From assembly GCA_051362555.1 (NCBI GenBank), contig CM120649.1, positions 7,750,001 through 7,814,000 on the forward strand: 64,000 nt of DNA, in the 5' to 3' direction. The first letter of the stretch is position 1, and every line of letters starts with the position of its first letter. Below are positions 13,501 through 26,417 of the stretch, in pieces. Made by a program: the position numbers and the translations under genes. Below the pieces are notes generated by a model. It searched no databases, was not told where the DNA came from, and worked only from the letters and a program-made list of their open reading frames with translations. Origin of the DNA: Lingula anatina (Eukaryota; Animalia; Brachiopoda).

Positions 13501-15315
13501 TGTGTGTTTGTGTGTGTGAGGTATTTTTGTGTGAGAGTTTGAGTGTATGAATGTGTGTGAGTCGGTGTGTGCATGTGTATGAGTGTTTTTGTAGCTGTGA
13601 AGCAGTGACTCAATTTAAAAAGCTCCCTTAAAGTTATGATAATAAACAGGAAGTGTTGCTTTTATCACAGCAAGGGAGTCCTCAGCAGAAGCCAAAGCGT
13701 CTCAAGTTAGTGGTGGACGTGTCAGGCAGCATGTACAGGTTTGACGGCCATGACGGCAGACTGGACAGAGAGATGGAGGCCGTTACCATGGTGATGGAGG
13801 CCTTTGAGGGTTATGAACATAAGTTCAAGGTCAGATCAGTTTCTTTAATGAAAAGAATTGCATGACGTGTACTTAATTGTAAACATATGTTTCTTCATAA
13901 ATTGAATTATTTGTTTATTAATATTGTTTTTTGTTATATACTCAATACAGAGAAACAAGAAATAGACATTTCATTCTGGGATAGGTACTTCTGTATGTGA
14001 TATATAAGGTGTTTTCCCACAGTATATGTCTGGTGGCCAATAGTCCTATGTCAATTATGATACATATATTTCAGTATGATATAGTGGGTCATTCAGCAAT
14101 AGTTCTATATAAATTATAATATATATTTCAGTATGATATAGTGGGTCATTCAGGAGATGGGTACAACATCCAGTTTATGTCAGGAGGTCAATAGTTCTAT
14201 ATAAATTATAATATAAATTTCAGTATGATATAGTGGGTCATTCAGGAGATGGGTACAACATCCAGTTTATGTCAGGAGGAAGGGTGCCAGCCAATAACAA
14301 GCAAAGACTGGACATTCTGAAGGTTAGGGCACTTTTTGATACAAAACTTGTATGCATGAAAAGATAAATTAGATTTCATGTGCACACAAATATATGCCAA
14401 CACACACCACATACACATTTTTGTTTGGGCTGCTTTACTCCAGTAGTAGTACATACTCATATTAATGAAGACTGCAATTATTGATGTAACACTGTTTGTT
14501 TTTAGAAGATGGTTATTTGTGAAATTTGGTTAGTTTTATAGGTGAAAGTGGCTGTATGCCTTATTTTGCTTGCAGACAATGGTGGCTCACTCCCAGTTCT
14601 GTATTAGTGGAGATCACACGCTGGAGGCGACAAAACACGCCATTGAGACCCTGGCTGAGGAAGAGGCTGATGAACACTTTGTGATTGTTCTCAGCGATGC
14701 CAACCTAGGGCGTTATGGGATAGGCCCAAAGAGTTTTACAAATGTCTTAATGTCGGACGATAAAGTGAACACGTTTGCCATCTTCATTGGTTCCCTTGGT
14801 GACCAGGCACAAAGGTTGGCAGCTTTTTATAACTGATATTATTATGGGATGTAGATTATCATGTCAATTGTAGAAAAACAGTAATAGTATTCATTAAGTT
14901 GTTGAGCTTTTGAAAAAACATTGAGGATAAATAAATGTGGAATGTACCTCATACTGACTACATTTATTTTCAAAGATTATACTTTTATGATGTAAGGATC
15001 ACATAGATATATAGTTATGCCTGGAAATGTACCCCAACCATGATGAATATTCCTATGTATAGAACAATGAAATAATATTGGGTGCACAAGGTGTAATGTT
15101 TGAACATAAAATCTGAGAAGACACCCAGCAGATTCCACAAATGATTACAATTTTTTATTTCTTTCTTTATTTTTATAATATACATATTTATTTTGCAATT
15201 TTCCAGGTGGACAAAGCAGCTACCCTCAGGACATGCCTTTGTCTGTATGGACACAAAAGACCTGCCTCAGGTGTTACAACAAATCTTTACATCTACCATG
15301 TTATCCACGCGGTGA
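5929..15315 (+). CDS. VWA8: von Willebrand factor A domain-containing protein 8 (VWA8/KIAA0564), 3' part of a multi-exon gene; 5' exons lie upstream of the window
   Basis: Phase-consistent GT-AG exons read manually: 5929-6143, 6763-6870, 7147-7217, 7633-7758, 8117-8199, 8684-8832, 9113-9308, 9612-9693, 10757-10952, 11317-11425, 11722-11878, 12349-12457, 13107-13232, 13671-13829, 14224-14322, 14576-14814, 15207-15315 (TGA). Diagnostic peptides: GPKHGKVDPKNAPHVGGNTWAGGTGGRDTAGLGGKGGPYRLDAGH; MIDAS-type LVVDVSGSMYRF; YDIVGHSGDG; C-terminus MDTKDLPQVLQQIFTSTMLSTR. Confidence 0.93.
6409..6631. mobile_element. Small MITE-like inverted-repeat element in a VWA8 intron
   Basis: CTATGGGGAAAACTTGAGAATTT near 6415 is mirrored by AAATTTTCAAGTTTTTACCATAG near 6605-6626. 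TSD not resolved. Confidence 0.45.
7771..7891. repeat. (GA)n/(TA)n microsatellite cluster; others at 7453-7530 (TTA/TTTA), 18160-18230, 30731-30812, 32509-32556, 49015-49185
   Basis: Directly visible. Confidence 0.95.
9641..10507 (+). repeat. 64-bp tandem repeat (~13.5 copies) made of the 3' end of VWA8 exon 9612-9693 plus its splice donor
   Basis: Unit CTGGAAGTCACAGACCCTGTCAACCATGTGCTCAGATATATACCTGTACCAAG|GTAAGTGTCAC. ORF-track hits recur every 64 nt. The array ends in (GA)n at 10505-10568. Confidence 0.97.
12660..13105 (+). repeat. ~35-bp minisatellite abutting the acceptor of VWA8 exon 13107
   Basis: About 12 copies of CTCACCTAACACAATCACAATGCTGTTCCTGTGT variants; the last runs into CTGTTCCATAG|GCC. 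Confidence 0.9.
13275..13486. mobile_element. Degenerate palindromic MITE inside a (TG)n tract
   Basis: TATTCCCATAGATTTTAGATCGATCTA mirrored by TAGGTCGATCTAAA / CTAATCTGTGGAAAT. Confidence 0.5.
14020..14223 (+). repeat. Tandem duplications of the acceptor and 5' part of VWA8 exon 14224
   Basis: TTTCAG|TATGATATAGTGGGTCATTCAG occurs three times (about 14068, 14126, 14218). The middle copy extends 55 nt into the exon sequence. Confidence 0.9.
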
Positions 15316-16344
15316 TGATTGCCTCAAATATTACAAATATTATTATTATTATTATTATTGGTATAACTGTTGCTGTGCAGCGCCACCTGATCATTAGCGT
15401 TTCTGTGATAACTGTTCACATGCTGAAAGATGGCTTCTCTTGACTTCATGTGTGAAGAAATGCACCTAAGAGACATCTTGTGTCAAATGTGGCAGTACAC
15501 GTTTAGCTACTTGATTGTTACAGTATTCAGTGTTGAAAATAGTTTCATGGAACTTCAGCTGCTGAGCACAGAGGGTTTGGATTAAAAATAATTTCAGGAA
15601 ATTTGATTACTTGTCATCAGCATCCCATATCGTGATCTTATTTAAGATTACCAGAAACTTGATCAATATAAATTTAAATCTTGTATCTAAAAAGTAAATT
15701 GTTAGAGCAACTTCAGTCAAGCCTGTGATGTGTATTTATGATCCTTGATTTGTTTTAAAAACTAACACTTTTGAAAACCAAGGAAGTTTTTAAATTATGA
15801 TAATTTATTAGACAATGAAGAATTGTTAAGGAATGGGAAAGTTTTCTATTATTGTATTTTGCATGCCAATGCAAGTATCAAAAAAGTAACAAATATAATT
15901 GAAAATCACATTTGTTAAGATAATTCCAATATGTGGTTGGCAAGTAGATGGTTAGAACAAAATAGTGTTTGACGAGGGTCCCATGGGGGGGTCACAATAA
16001 ATACAACTTTATTCATATCTCACTGATTTATATCTCAATTTATTTATTCATATCTCAATGACTGCGTTTCATGAAGGGCAAAGAATATGGTGGGAATGCT
16101 TCATGGATCACACTCATTAATATGAATGTTTCACGCATCTCGGGAATTAAAAATATACCTTCACAGATAACGGAAATACCCAGTGGGACCCTCTTTTAGT
16201 ACTGGGAGCTAAGATATAATAAACGGATATCAGATCTTAGCTGGGAGTTAGAAAACTGTAGAGAGAGGTGTTGGTTTCAGAGAGATGAAGTGTACAAGTA
16301 ATCAATGATAATTTATTCAATAGACGAAATAAGTAATATCATAG

Positions 16345-16884
16345 TGTGACGAAGTTGTCTTTATTTTCTATCGTATTTTCTTCTATGTTATTTATTAACT
16401 ATTTCCAGTTGTTTCCCGCGCTTCTTCTATTCATTTCTCTTTCTACTTATTTCAATCTCTAGGGGGCCTTCTCCCCGTTTACAGCACACGCAGGGCTCCG
16501 TGTAAGTATCATAAGAGTTTGTCAATCCACTTGTGGACAAAATTACAGAATCAACTCAATTCCTCTACAAAATACTACGACTATCATTCCTGTCACACCG
16601 GCACTAAGATCGTATTTAAAGGAGATCCTTAGTTCTCAACCAAGCGTTACCTGACACATACCTGTACAGTATTATTCCCTTGAAGTTGGCACCGTATAAG
16701 GATACGGCTACGGAAATGGAGACGTTCAGCAATGAACAATGAAAATGTCGCTATTTAATTTTAAGGCCTAAGTCAGCTGTAACCATTTTCGTTTCTTAGT
16801 AAAACAAAGTCTTTTATCCCATATAACAAGACGTCACCGTGCTACGTATCCCACATGACGTCATGACACAATATGACGTCACCA
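16345..16884 (-). mobile_element. Possible solo LTR
   Basis: TG...CA boundaries; flanks CATAG/CACAG (1 mismatch); AATAAA near the minus-strand 3' end; absent from the paralogous site at about 47880-47930. Confidence 0.35.
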
Positions 16885-17212
16885 CACAGTCTGTGTATTT
16901 TCTGAATTAATTACCCCGCCGGAGCGAGCCTGAACCCCGTAGGTTCCTATAATAATTATATTAGTGCATGCATGGATACATGTAAGAGATAGCCAACTAC
17001 TCACTTCTACCATACCCAGTAATTATCTGTGCCAGAAGTAAACGTGCCCATACTTTACCCTCTATCCACTACCAGGGCTGCAATTATTATTTTGTGAACA
17101 TTTTCGCTGTACAGAGGATAACCGTGAATTTAAACAGAGACATATCTGTCGCCCTGATAGAGGGTAACTTTACTCAGTGGCACGAACGTGAGCCCTGTAG
17201 GTTCCAATAATA

Positions 17213-17479
17213 ACTAGAAAAGCACTCAGAGAGCTCAGACCTGCGCCAAGGCAGCAAAGCCTCCATCTAATGCTGCTTCACCCCCAAATTTTCGATATTT
17301 TTTATTATTGATTGATTATTGATCCGGATCACCAGCAAAAACTAATCATCTGTTCCTTGGCCCACTTCTGACAGTTCCTGAAATGTTCATCAAAACCGGT
17401 CCATAACTTTTTGAGTAATGTTGATGACAGACGGACAAACAAACAGGGGTAAAAACATAACCTCCTTGGCGGAGGTAAT
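17213..17479 (-). mobile_element. Helentron-associated non-autonomous element (HINE/DINE-1-like)
   Basis: Terminal hairpin ACCTCCTTGGCGGAGGT, (ACAG/ACAA) microsatellite, matching subterminal ACCTGCGCCAAGG and AGCACTCAGAGAGCTCAG next to AACTAG. Absent in the paralogous copy (about 48440). Confidence 0.7.
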
Positions 17480-18019
17480 TACAGGCCTACCCAACTACCA
17501 GACTCGGCACCGAATGATCCTGAATTCACCGGTAGATCAGACCACACTACCCGTTTTCAAGGTGTGTGTCAGTGCACGGATGCAGAAAGGAGGCAGCCAA
17601 CTACTCCGTCCTACCACGCCAAATAATCTGTGCCCATAGTTAAATCAAGTTTCATTGTTCAAAAAGACGGCTGTTCCGGGGCCTCTCGTTGTTTATCACC
17701 TGAAAAAGTTTTCCAACATTGCTCGAATTCTCTCTATTAGATATCATCAATGCTCTTTGTCTATTAAATGGATGTTATATCCGCTTGATGGCTTTTAAGA
17801 TTTTAAATGTCGCCATTAAGTAGAGTAGTTAGCGCGTGGATGTATTTTATCATTTAATTTGCATTTCAGACAAGATCTGGGTGTCAGGATATCTCTCAGG
17901 ATGTCGCATGCAAGGTACATGCGTGTATTGCACTTCTCTTTACATTTTAGACTGCGCCAAGCAAGCAAATGTCTGACGAAAGAACTATTTAGTTGCTAAG
18001 TGATCCGTGTGAGGTGGTA

Positions 18020-18157
18020 ATGGACAGCAATATGCACCTAACGCGGGTAAACGTCTTTCATACTGTGGTCGTGGTATTCTGTATATTGGTGTTGGTATTT
18101 GTCTTTACGTGGAGTCCTGGCCTGGAAGTTGTGAGCCTGGAAGATGGAGGTACAGGT

Positions 18158-18232
<75 letters not shown>

Positions 18233-20440
18233 TCTCTTTCTCTTCTCTCTATCTGTTTCTCTCTGACACACACACGTGCTATCTCTCTCTCCCCCTCACG
18301 CACACACACACCTCTGATTCTCTCTCTCTTTAACATGACAAGCTAAACACAGGTGTCAACGTCAATAACATTAACGTAAAACATTAAAACAGGTCCTGTG
18401 GTTTTCGTTCAATGGCCTTCTTTACTTACAACTTACCTTAAAAATTGAAACATTGTCCTTATGAGAACAGGGTCCCGTATCTCGAAAGCTTCGCTTATGG
18501 CGAGCGTGCGCAAGCATGGCGATTCCGCGCTATCCCATATCTCGAAAGCTTCGCAAATCGCGGCCGTGCGCTAATAGCGAAATCAGCATTAGTTTCGAGG
18601 CTATTATTTGCGGCGATACAAACTAGTCGCAAAGGCCTCTGCGTATGCATAATTCGTCATTTTAATGTGTCTTTCATGTAATTAAACATGGCGGCAAGTT
18701 TGGGTTGCTAGTCATAATAGCATATAACAAAAGCTATAACAAAAACATGGAAGCTTATAATAGATTGAATCACTCGGTACCTCTGATAGGAAAACTTGCG
18801 GTAAATATTTACGTGAAGAATGCTAAAGTCATGTTTTATGATGCATAAACATTTGAAAATTAAACATTTCATACATCATTTTATATTTTCTGATGAATAT
18901 AATTCATCTGTGTAGTCTACTGATAATAAGCATATATTTAAAAGTGTCATTTTCTACACAAAATGAAAAAGCAGAGACAAAGCATTCGGTCGCACCGTGA
19001 CCTTCCTCAATGTCTATAACTCTATTACTATGAGACAGAACACTACTCACAAATGCGTCAATAATTGTGTCAGTCCAAGCTTCGCTAATTGAATTGTTTT
19101 TTGAAATTTTATTGGTGTCCAACACTTCAAATATCAGTATTTGTAATTATGATATTCCTATAAATAAAAACAGCCTCTTGATTAGCGTCATGGTGAAAAA
19201 ATTACATTTTGTGTAATTATGTTATGACGTCATTACTTTATGCGGCAATCGAATTTTAGTAGAGTTTGAGGTTATAATTGCGTTGCGTTTGCTAAGGCTT
19301 AGAGATAGCCGGTGGGGAATCGCCATGCTCGCATCCGTGCGCAACATAGCGAAGCTTTCGAGATACGGGGCCCAGATCTATTTTCTTGTTTTCAGAAAAC
19401 ACGATCTCCATGAGGAAGGCAATGCAGGCCAACAACCTAAATAGTGGTCGGGTATGCTTCAAATGATATTTTATTAATGAAGATTAAGTCATATAATTAT
19501 TTTATAAAATGCAAATTTCCTTCAAACCCGTGTACTACTACGAAAATAACATTTTCAGTTTTTTTTTTTTTTTTTTCATTTTCAGTACTTTTCGTGGGCG
19601 GAAGTGCCTCTCAGTTGGCAAAATATAATGAAAGCAAGGAGAAAAATTCTACAGGACGCATGTCCAAAAAACACCAAGTTAGCACTTGCCACAAACGCAA
19701 GCAGTATTCTGGCTGGTCGTCCATTTTTGTGGGTAGACGACAGACACAGTCTGATATACTGTGAAATACCAAAAGTGGGCTGTACGAACTTTAAACGTTT
19801 GATGTATGGGCTCACGGCAAACGCAGATATTACAGAATACAAAGACATTGGGGCGTATGAAGTGCACTATAAATATCAGAAGTTTTTGGTGCCCCTGTCT
19901 GACTTTTCCGAATTTGGAATCAAGTTCCGTCTTGCAAACTATCTGAAAGTTGTTCTTGTGAGGCATCCCTTTGAAAGACTAGTGTCTGCTTACAGGAACA
20001 AATTAGAGAAACTCAGCGCTTTTTCACGTCAAATTGGGGCCTATATCAAACCTTTCATGAGATCCCCGGGGATGAAGAGCGCGCCGCAAGAAGGGGACGG
20101 AATTTCATTTGCTGCGTTCGTCAAATACATTAATGTCTATTCTCAGCTTTCTACTAAACCGTTCAACCCGCACTGGAGAACTTATAACGAGTTGTGTAAT
20201 CCATGTGACGTCAAATATGACGTCATTGTGCGATACGAAACTATCCAACATGATGTCAGCATGTTGCTTAAACTGTTGCGCGTGGCTGAGAAGTTCAAGT
20301 ACCCTGATGGTGACATGTCATCTGTGTCGTCTGCAGGAGTTTGGAGGTCCTATTTCGCCAACGTGCCCTCTTCAGATCTCAACGAACTGAAGGGAATTTA
20401 CAAACTAGACGCTAAATTGTTCAACTACACTTTCAATTAA
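18020..20440 (+). CDS. Carbohydrate sulfotransferase (Sulfotransfer_2 / CHST8-14, CHST11-like), copy A, type II Golgi membrane protein
   Basis: Exons 18020-18155 (signal anchor VVVVFCILVLVFVF), 19396-19451 and 19586-20440 join in phase. 5'PSB motif YCEIPKVGCTNFK, 3'PB motif VRHPFERLVSAYRNK, HWRTYNELCNPC, C-terminal YKLDAKLFNY. Confidence 0.92.
18471..19372. mobile_element. PIF/Harbinger-type MITE in CHST copy A intron 1
   Basis: TIR GGTCCCGTATCTCGAAAGCTTCGCT / AGCGAAGCTTTCGAGATACGGGGCC; 3-bp TSD CAG. The empty site is seen in copy B (GAGAATAGATCT, about 49323-49334). Confidence 0.88.
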
Positions 20441-21917
20441 GATCTAATGCAGCTTACAAATTTAAAAAAGAAGAGTTTTAAAAAAGGAAGTGAGATCAGA
20501 TCGATCTTTTTACTAGGCCTACTACATACAGTAGAGCTTTTTCACCGCATTCAAACCTATACATTATTTATGTCTCCTCATTAACCCAACCCGACTGCCA
20601 GTTTTACACGTCCCTTCAAACAGTCAAAAGGTGCTTACGTTTCCTGTAAGCTAACCATAATGTAAAACCTTTTGTGATCTTATGCCGTCACCGATTATAT
20701 AGCAGAAATGACAAGAGGAAAGTTCAAATATTCAGAGCATATGTCTGGTAGGCCTATGTGTATAAAAATCGCATCGGTTGTTTAACCTTAGAGTTTAAAA
20801 TCCTGCGGGTGTGCGCAGGAGAATGCATCCACTTTCGTCGCTATTTAGATTCTCTAGAATACCTGGCGACCAATATTTGCACCCTCGTCATCTAGGGAAC
20901 AACCACGTGGGTGTCATATTGTGTCATCAAGCACCACCAACACAATATGACACCAGACGCGGAGTGAGGTAGACAAAAGTTAACTTTTCAAACAATCTAT
21001 TCTTCTGTTAGATGTTCTTTCTGTTTTTTGTTGTTTATGGCACGTTTAAAGTGAAATAGGACTTTGGAGTTCAAAACTATCCTCATATTGTTTACAATGA
21101 AGATTTTTTTATCCTTCTCTGAATTTTATTTTCTAATCTCTCTAAATCATTTAACGGAAAAGAATGCACGGAAAGCTCGTTTGAAAGGTGGGGCAAATGA
21201 TTTTACTGCTAAATACGCGGTAAAAAGAAGTCGACCGCTTCATTGATGAAGTGTTTTTGGCCTCACTGATGAAGTATCTTCGTCTATCCTTTGCCATTCA
21301 AAAGATCACGCTACAATTTGTCTATGATTTCGTTTCAAATTTTGTTTGTTCTTTAAAATGGCCATTATGTTATTTTCGAGTCCCCCGTATATTTTACAAC
21401 TTATGCACCAGCATAAGCGAAACACCTGTTGTCAATCAATGAAAAAATCATTTTCATACAATGCATTTTTTATTATCATATTTTACAATTTATAACACCT
21501 TGTACACAATGGCAAAATATACCATTTAGTAGTAATACAAGATGATTTGCACCAAGGGATTGTACATATAATGTCACAGATGTATTCTAAATGCTAAATA
21601 TATTTTTAATAACTAGTCACTTACTGCATTAAATAAGACAATCACATTTACTAAACATTACGACAACACATATTCGTAAAGGTAAATTACAAACATCAGA
21701 AACGTTATATAGTATTAATAAAATACAGTCTTCAAAATACATAAACAGCCTCCGCAACATGCAACGATACATGTTCTTTACGTAAAATACAACAGTATTA
21801 GTGGATAACCTTATTTCGCAACAGATACCTCATCGATATGGTAAAAACACATGACACAATATACTGGCTTCTGATAATCACGACATCTATTGTACAAGTT
21901 ATTACATGGCTTTGACT

Positions 21918-22138
21918 GGGTTCCCATAGCCCTTTCGTACTAGCAGTTTCGATCTAGTTCAGAAGAGATTCTCGCTAAATTGCACTCAGTTTAAGCAGCT
22001 TAAATGTCTGGCACGCCTACTGAAGCTGCTAGGGGGGTTATTAATTTTTGTGCACGCTTAAACTGAATGTAATTTAGCGAGAATCCCCTCGGAGACAGAT
22101 CGCTCCTGCTAGTACGATAGGGTTATTGGAATGGACCC
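21918..22138. mobile_element. Palindromic MITE (also present in copy B at about 51916-53850, split there by a HINE)
   Basis: CCCTTTCGTACTAGCAG..GATTCTCGCTAAATTGCACTCAGTTTAAGC mirrored by GCTTAAACTGAATGTAATTTAGCGAGAATC..CTGCTAGTACGATAGGG. Confidence 0.7.
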
Positions 22139-22965
22139 TTAGACACCAGTAGGCCATTACTATAAATAAAAGAAACCTTGGAAATGATATGTACATTAGT
22201 ATAAAATAGTTAATAAAACGAATACAACCGATACGCTATTAACTGGCTCCACACTATATTGTGCTGGCTACACATAAAACTATTTTCATTTGGATGATAT
22301 AGGAATGTATAAGGGACACTTGTTATGATTTTATTCAGATATCTCATCTAGAATACGAGAAAAAGTTTATCACAATTCATGTGATACATTTCTTCCTTCA
22401 CTCTGCTATTCTTTATTTAATGAAATGTAGCAAATATATTTCAAAAATTTTCTCAAAGTTTACATATGAAATATTTGCAATGGATACAGTTGGATTTTGA
22501 TAAAAAAACACGTTTACATCCCAAGATAAAAAACAAAGGGGTACGGTATTAAATCGTATGTCAAATTAAACTTAACCTTTCACCGGTTATATTTAAAATT
22601 GCGTCTGCAAAATGCAACCCTGTTTTCAATGCGATAACATGTAATGTATATAAAGTACTATACATGTTCTTGCAGAATGATGATACTTTGTCAGACATTT
22701 CTCCTCTAGCACGCTAACTATCTATCATAATTCACGTGATATATTTGCCCCTTACTAGAGAACACAAAAAACCGAAAACCCATAAAGAACGGTGATAAAC
22801 AGTCATGGATGCGTTGGGAAAATAATTGTGACCAAAATTCTTATATTCACTTGACGTTTGAGAAATATCAATTACATTCTCATAGTCTATGAATAACTCG
22901 GCTTAAACACCCTTGCATTTAATATCAGCAATGTGTATGTGTGTGTGTTTTTTTTGTTTGTGTGC

Positions 22966-23002
<37 letters not shown>

Positions 23003-24208
23003 TACAGGCATGTTGACTATAGATTTTGTCACGCACTGAAAGATCTTTTGCAATATAGACAGAATATTTTACTAGCAAAAGAGAAGTTTTAAAAAGTGAT
23101 AAATTATTATAGAAAAGAGAAAGTGTGGTGCAAAAGTAACGCAAGCGTCCCATTCTCTTAGTAAGTATCAGTGCGTGCCACGCACGTAGGCTACAAGACA
23201 AACTAAAGAAATGAGTACAATTTCCATGGCAATCGCACATTGCAATTAGCATCCCTGCAGGAAAAGACATCGCACTGACCCCTGCGACTCGCGGTAGTTG
23301 TTCGTCCTTTTGCACGCGAGTCTTGCGTGTTGTGATGTTTTTTGGGAGGGTATAAAAAACAGCGCATGTGTGAGAACAGGGCGGTAGCCTGAGCAAAATG
23401 CCAGGGGAGGGGGCAGTAAGCGGACACGAGGGGGCGAAGACTCTACCAGTGTGGAAAATTCTAAATCGCAGGGGGGGGGGGGGGGGGGGTGCGTTGCTCC
23501 GGAGGCTACGGCCCTGGAGAATATCATTATATTTGCAGCAGTATTCAATAGTTGGTGAGCCCAACCATGCCTGGCTTGTCCCCGCTCCCCCTCTCCCTAC
23601 ATTGCTTTTTGTTGTCTTTTTGGGTTTTTTTTAACCCTCAATCACCTTTCAGGGGCCTCGCAGGCCCAGACCCATGTATCTTTTGCTCTCTCTTCGTTCG
23701 CATGAGGTTTTGAGCCTGTTCCTTTCATGTAATCCTCAAGCAACTTATACCCCATCAATGGATAATTAATTAGTTTTGAAATAATTTACAACATATGTAG
23801 AAATTAACTTTTCCAAAAGTTAGTCCCATTTCCTGGAAACCGGGCCTCTGAGGCCCGGTCGCTTGATAATTTTACTTCCACATGGGATAAATAAGTCCAT
23901 GTTACCTCAAATAGCTTTGCTATGAAATGTTTTACACAAGCAATATCATGTGTGCTATGACTATCAGTATGGTCAATGAAATCTGCCTGTGAAAGATTCA
24001 AGACCTGGAGAAATTATTATTTATGAGTAATCGGTCACCTTGGTCACCTGATATGCAGATATCAGTTTAAATCTATCATTATTACATACCTGATAGACTG
24101 CGCTACCTTTGCGAAACTTTCCATTTTGAGAAAAAAAAAACGTTTTTCTGCATTTTCCATACACAGTGTATACTCATGCACCCAGGTGGAGGTTAAGGGA
24201 GCAAGGGA

Positions 24209-25732
24209 CTGGTGTAACATGAAAATCTGACTCCCCATGAAAATTTGACTCCCCCACCACAAATGTTCATAAATCTTATTTTATTTGAGTATATGACTGT
24301 GATAATGTAGTATGTAAAATGGAGGATACTTTGGCACTTTTTTTTTAAGTTTGCAGGTGAATATTTTCATGAAAAAAATATGAAAATTAAAAATGTGCAC
24401 TTAACCGCCCATTGTCTCCCCTTTGAAAAAGCTATTTATTTGATATTGGATGATCATTTCTACATCTTTCCTTTAAATTTACTTTATGAAGATTATATTG
24501 GAAATATTTGAAAGTTTGATGGTAAACTATTGGGTGAAAAAACTAAAAAAAAACATGAAAAATAGAAAATTAAAAATGTGCATTTTATCACCCAATAACT
24601 CCCCTATGAAAAAGCTATTTATTTGATATTTGATGATCATTCTGACATCTTTTCTATTAGGAAACTTTATGAAAAATATATTGGAAATATTTAAAAGTTT
24701 GATGATAAAATAGTGAGTGAAAGAATGAAAAATAAATCATAAAAATCTTCTTTTTTATACCCATGAGATTTGGATTCCCATAAAGAAAAGGACCTATTTT
24801 ATATTCAGTCACCATACCATTGTTTTCTACATAGTTTGCACAGAGATGTACATTTTGTTATTATTTGAAAGTTTGGTGGTGAAAATTTTGGTGAATTTTT
24901 TTTAAACAAGTATTCATCTTACTACCTGTAGGTTTTGCACTTCCATGTCAAAATGCTACATTTTTAACTCAAGAAATTGGCCCCATCGCCTTTTTACTGA
25001 ATTCTTCTTATATAGAATGAAAAATAAATCATACCCAGTATTTTACCATTCAAACTTTCAAATATTTCCAATATATTCTTCATTAAGTATCCTTAAAGAA
25101 AAGATGTCAGAATGATCATCAAATATCAAATAAATAGCTTTTTCATAGGGGGGGGAGGTCATTGGGTGTTAGAATATAAATCTTTCATTTTTCTTATTTT
25201 TCATGTGTTTTTTTATTATTTTTTTCACCCAATTTTTTAACCATCAAACTTTCAAGTACTTTCAATATATTCCTCATAAAGTATCCTCAAAGAAAAGATG
25301 TCAGAATGATCATCAAATATCAAATAAATAGCTTTTTCATAGGGGGGGGGTCATTGGGTGTTAGAATATAAATCTTTCATTTTTCTTATTTTTTAATGTG
25401 TTTTTTTTTTTTATTATTTTTTTCACCCAATTTTTTAACCATTAAACTTTCAAGTACTTTCAATATATTCCCCAGAAAGTATCCTCAAAGAAAAGATGTT
25501 GAAATGGTCATCAAATGTCAAATAAATAGCTTTTTCATAGGGGAGTCCTTGGGTGGTAAAATACAAATCTTTAATTGTTTTTTATTTTTTCATGAAAATT
25601 TTCACCTGCAAACTAACAAATAGTGCCAATTTGTCCTCCATTATGCATACTACAAGATCATAGTTATTTACTCAAATTAAATTAGATTTTTGTATGTTTT
25701 TTGGGGGGAGTCAGATTTTCATGGTACACCGG
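24209..25732. mobile_element. Foldback-like element with long inverted arms built from ~200-bp subrepeats
   Basis: Termini CTGGTGTAACATGAAAATCTGACTCCCC / GGGGAGTCAGATTTTCATGGTACACCGG. GAAAAAGCTATTTATTTGATATT..ATGATCAT units are direct at 24380-24720 and inverted at 25040-25560. Confidence 0.75.
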
Positions 25733-26417
25733 GCCTCTGAGGCCCGGTTTCAGGGTTTACGTAGGGTTCCATTTCCTTGTGGATGAGGGTTAAACTAAAT
25801 TCAATGAAATTCAATGCAGAAATGATGCTTTTTCGTGCATGTTCCTCTTTTTAAACTCACGATCCGTGCGCATGGAGTGTCCACTACTTACTCAACATGT
25901 ACGGAGCCCGGGAGATCCACACGGTGGGTGCGTTGCAAAGCGAAGTGAGCACGAAGCGAGAAATAAGTACTTTAACCACGTGCATCCCACTCACCAATCG
26001 CAGTGGAAAAGAATTTCCTCAAGTCACCCGTACTACAGGCGCACAACAGGCGACCGTGTTCCATTTTTTTTTTAGATTTCGTAGATCGCGCGCAGCGGCT
26101 GTTGATCATGTCGAAAAAGTTCTGCGTGCTGTGTGCGCCCTCCAAAAGTTGCACGAAGGACGTGCTCCTCACGCACGAAATCCCACGTTTTCCTAATTTT
26201 TTGGCCGTAGACCAGACGTAGCAGCAAGTACGTTGGGTCGGGACCCAGGCTTGAATTGCCTTTATATCGTTGTCTCATACAGAAATAGAAATAGAATGAT
26301 TTTAGAAATGGAGTCATACAAAGTTAATAACCGTTTGAGACACTATGAAGTATTTGTTGAATGGTTCAATCAGTATACAGGACGTTATCTCAGGGAATGC
26401 TACGGAAAAAGGGAAAA

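Noticed and set aside
19441-19452. Apparent loss of the exon-2 donor in CHST copy A (GTTAAG missing relative to copy B)
   Set aside because: Phase analysis shows the real donor is CGG|GTATGC in both copies; the 6-nt difference is an in-frame coding indel.
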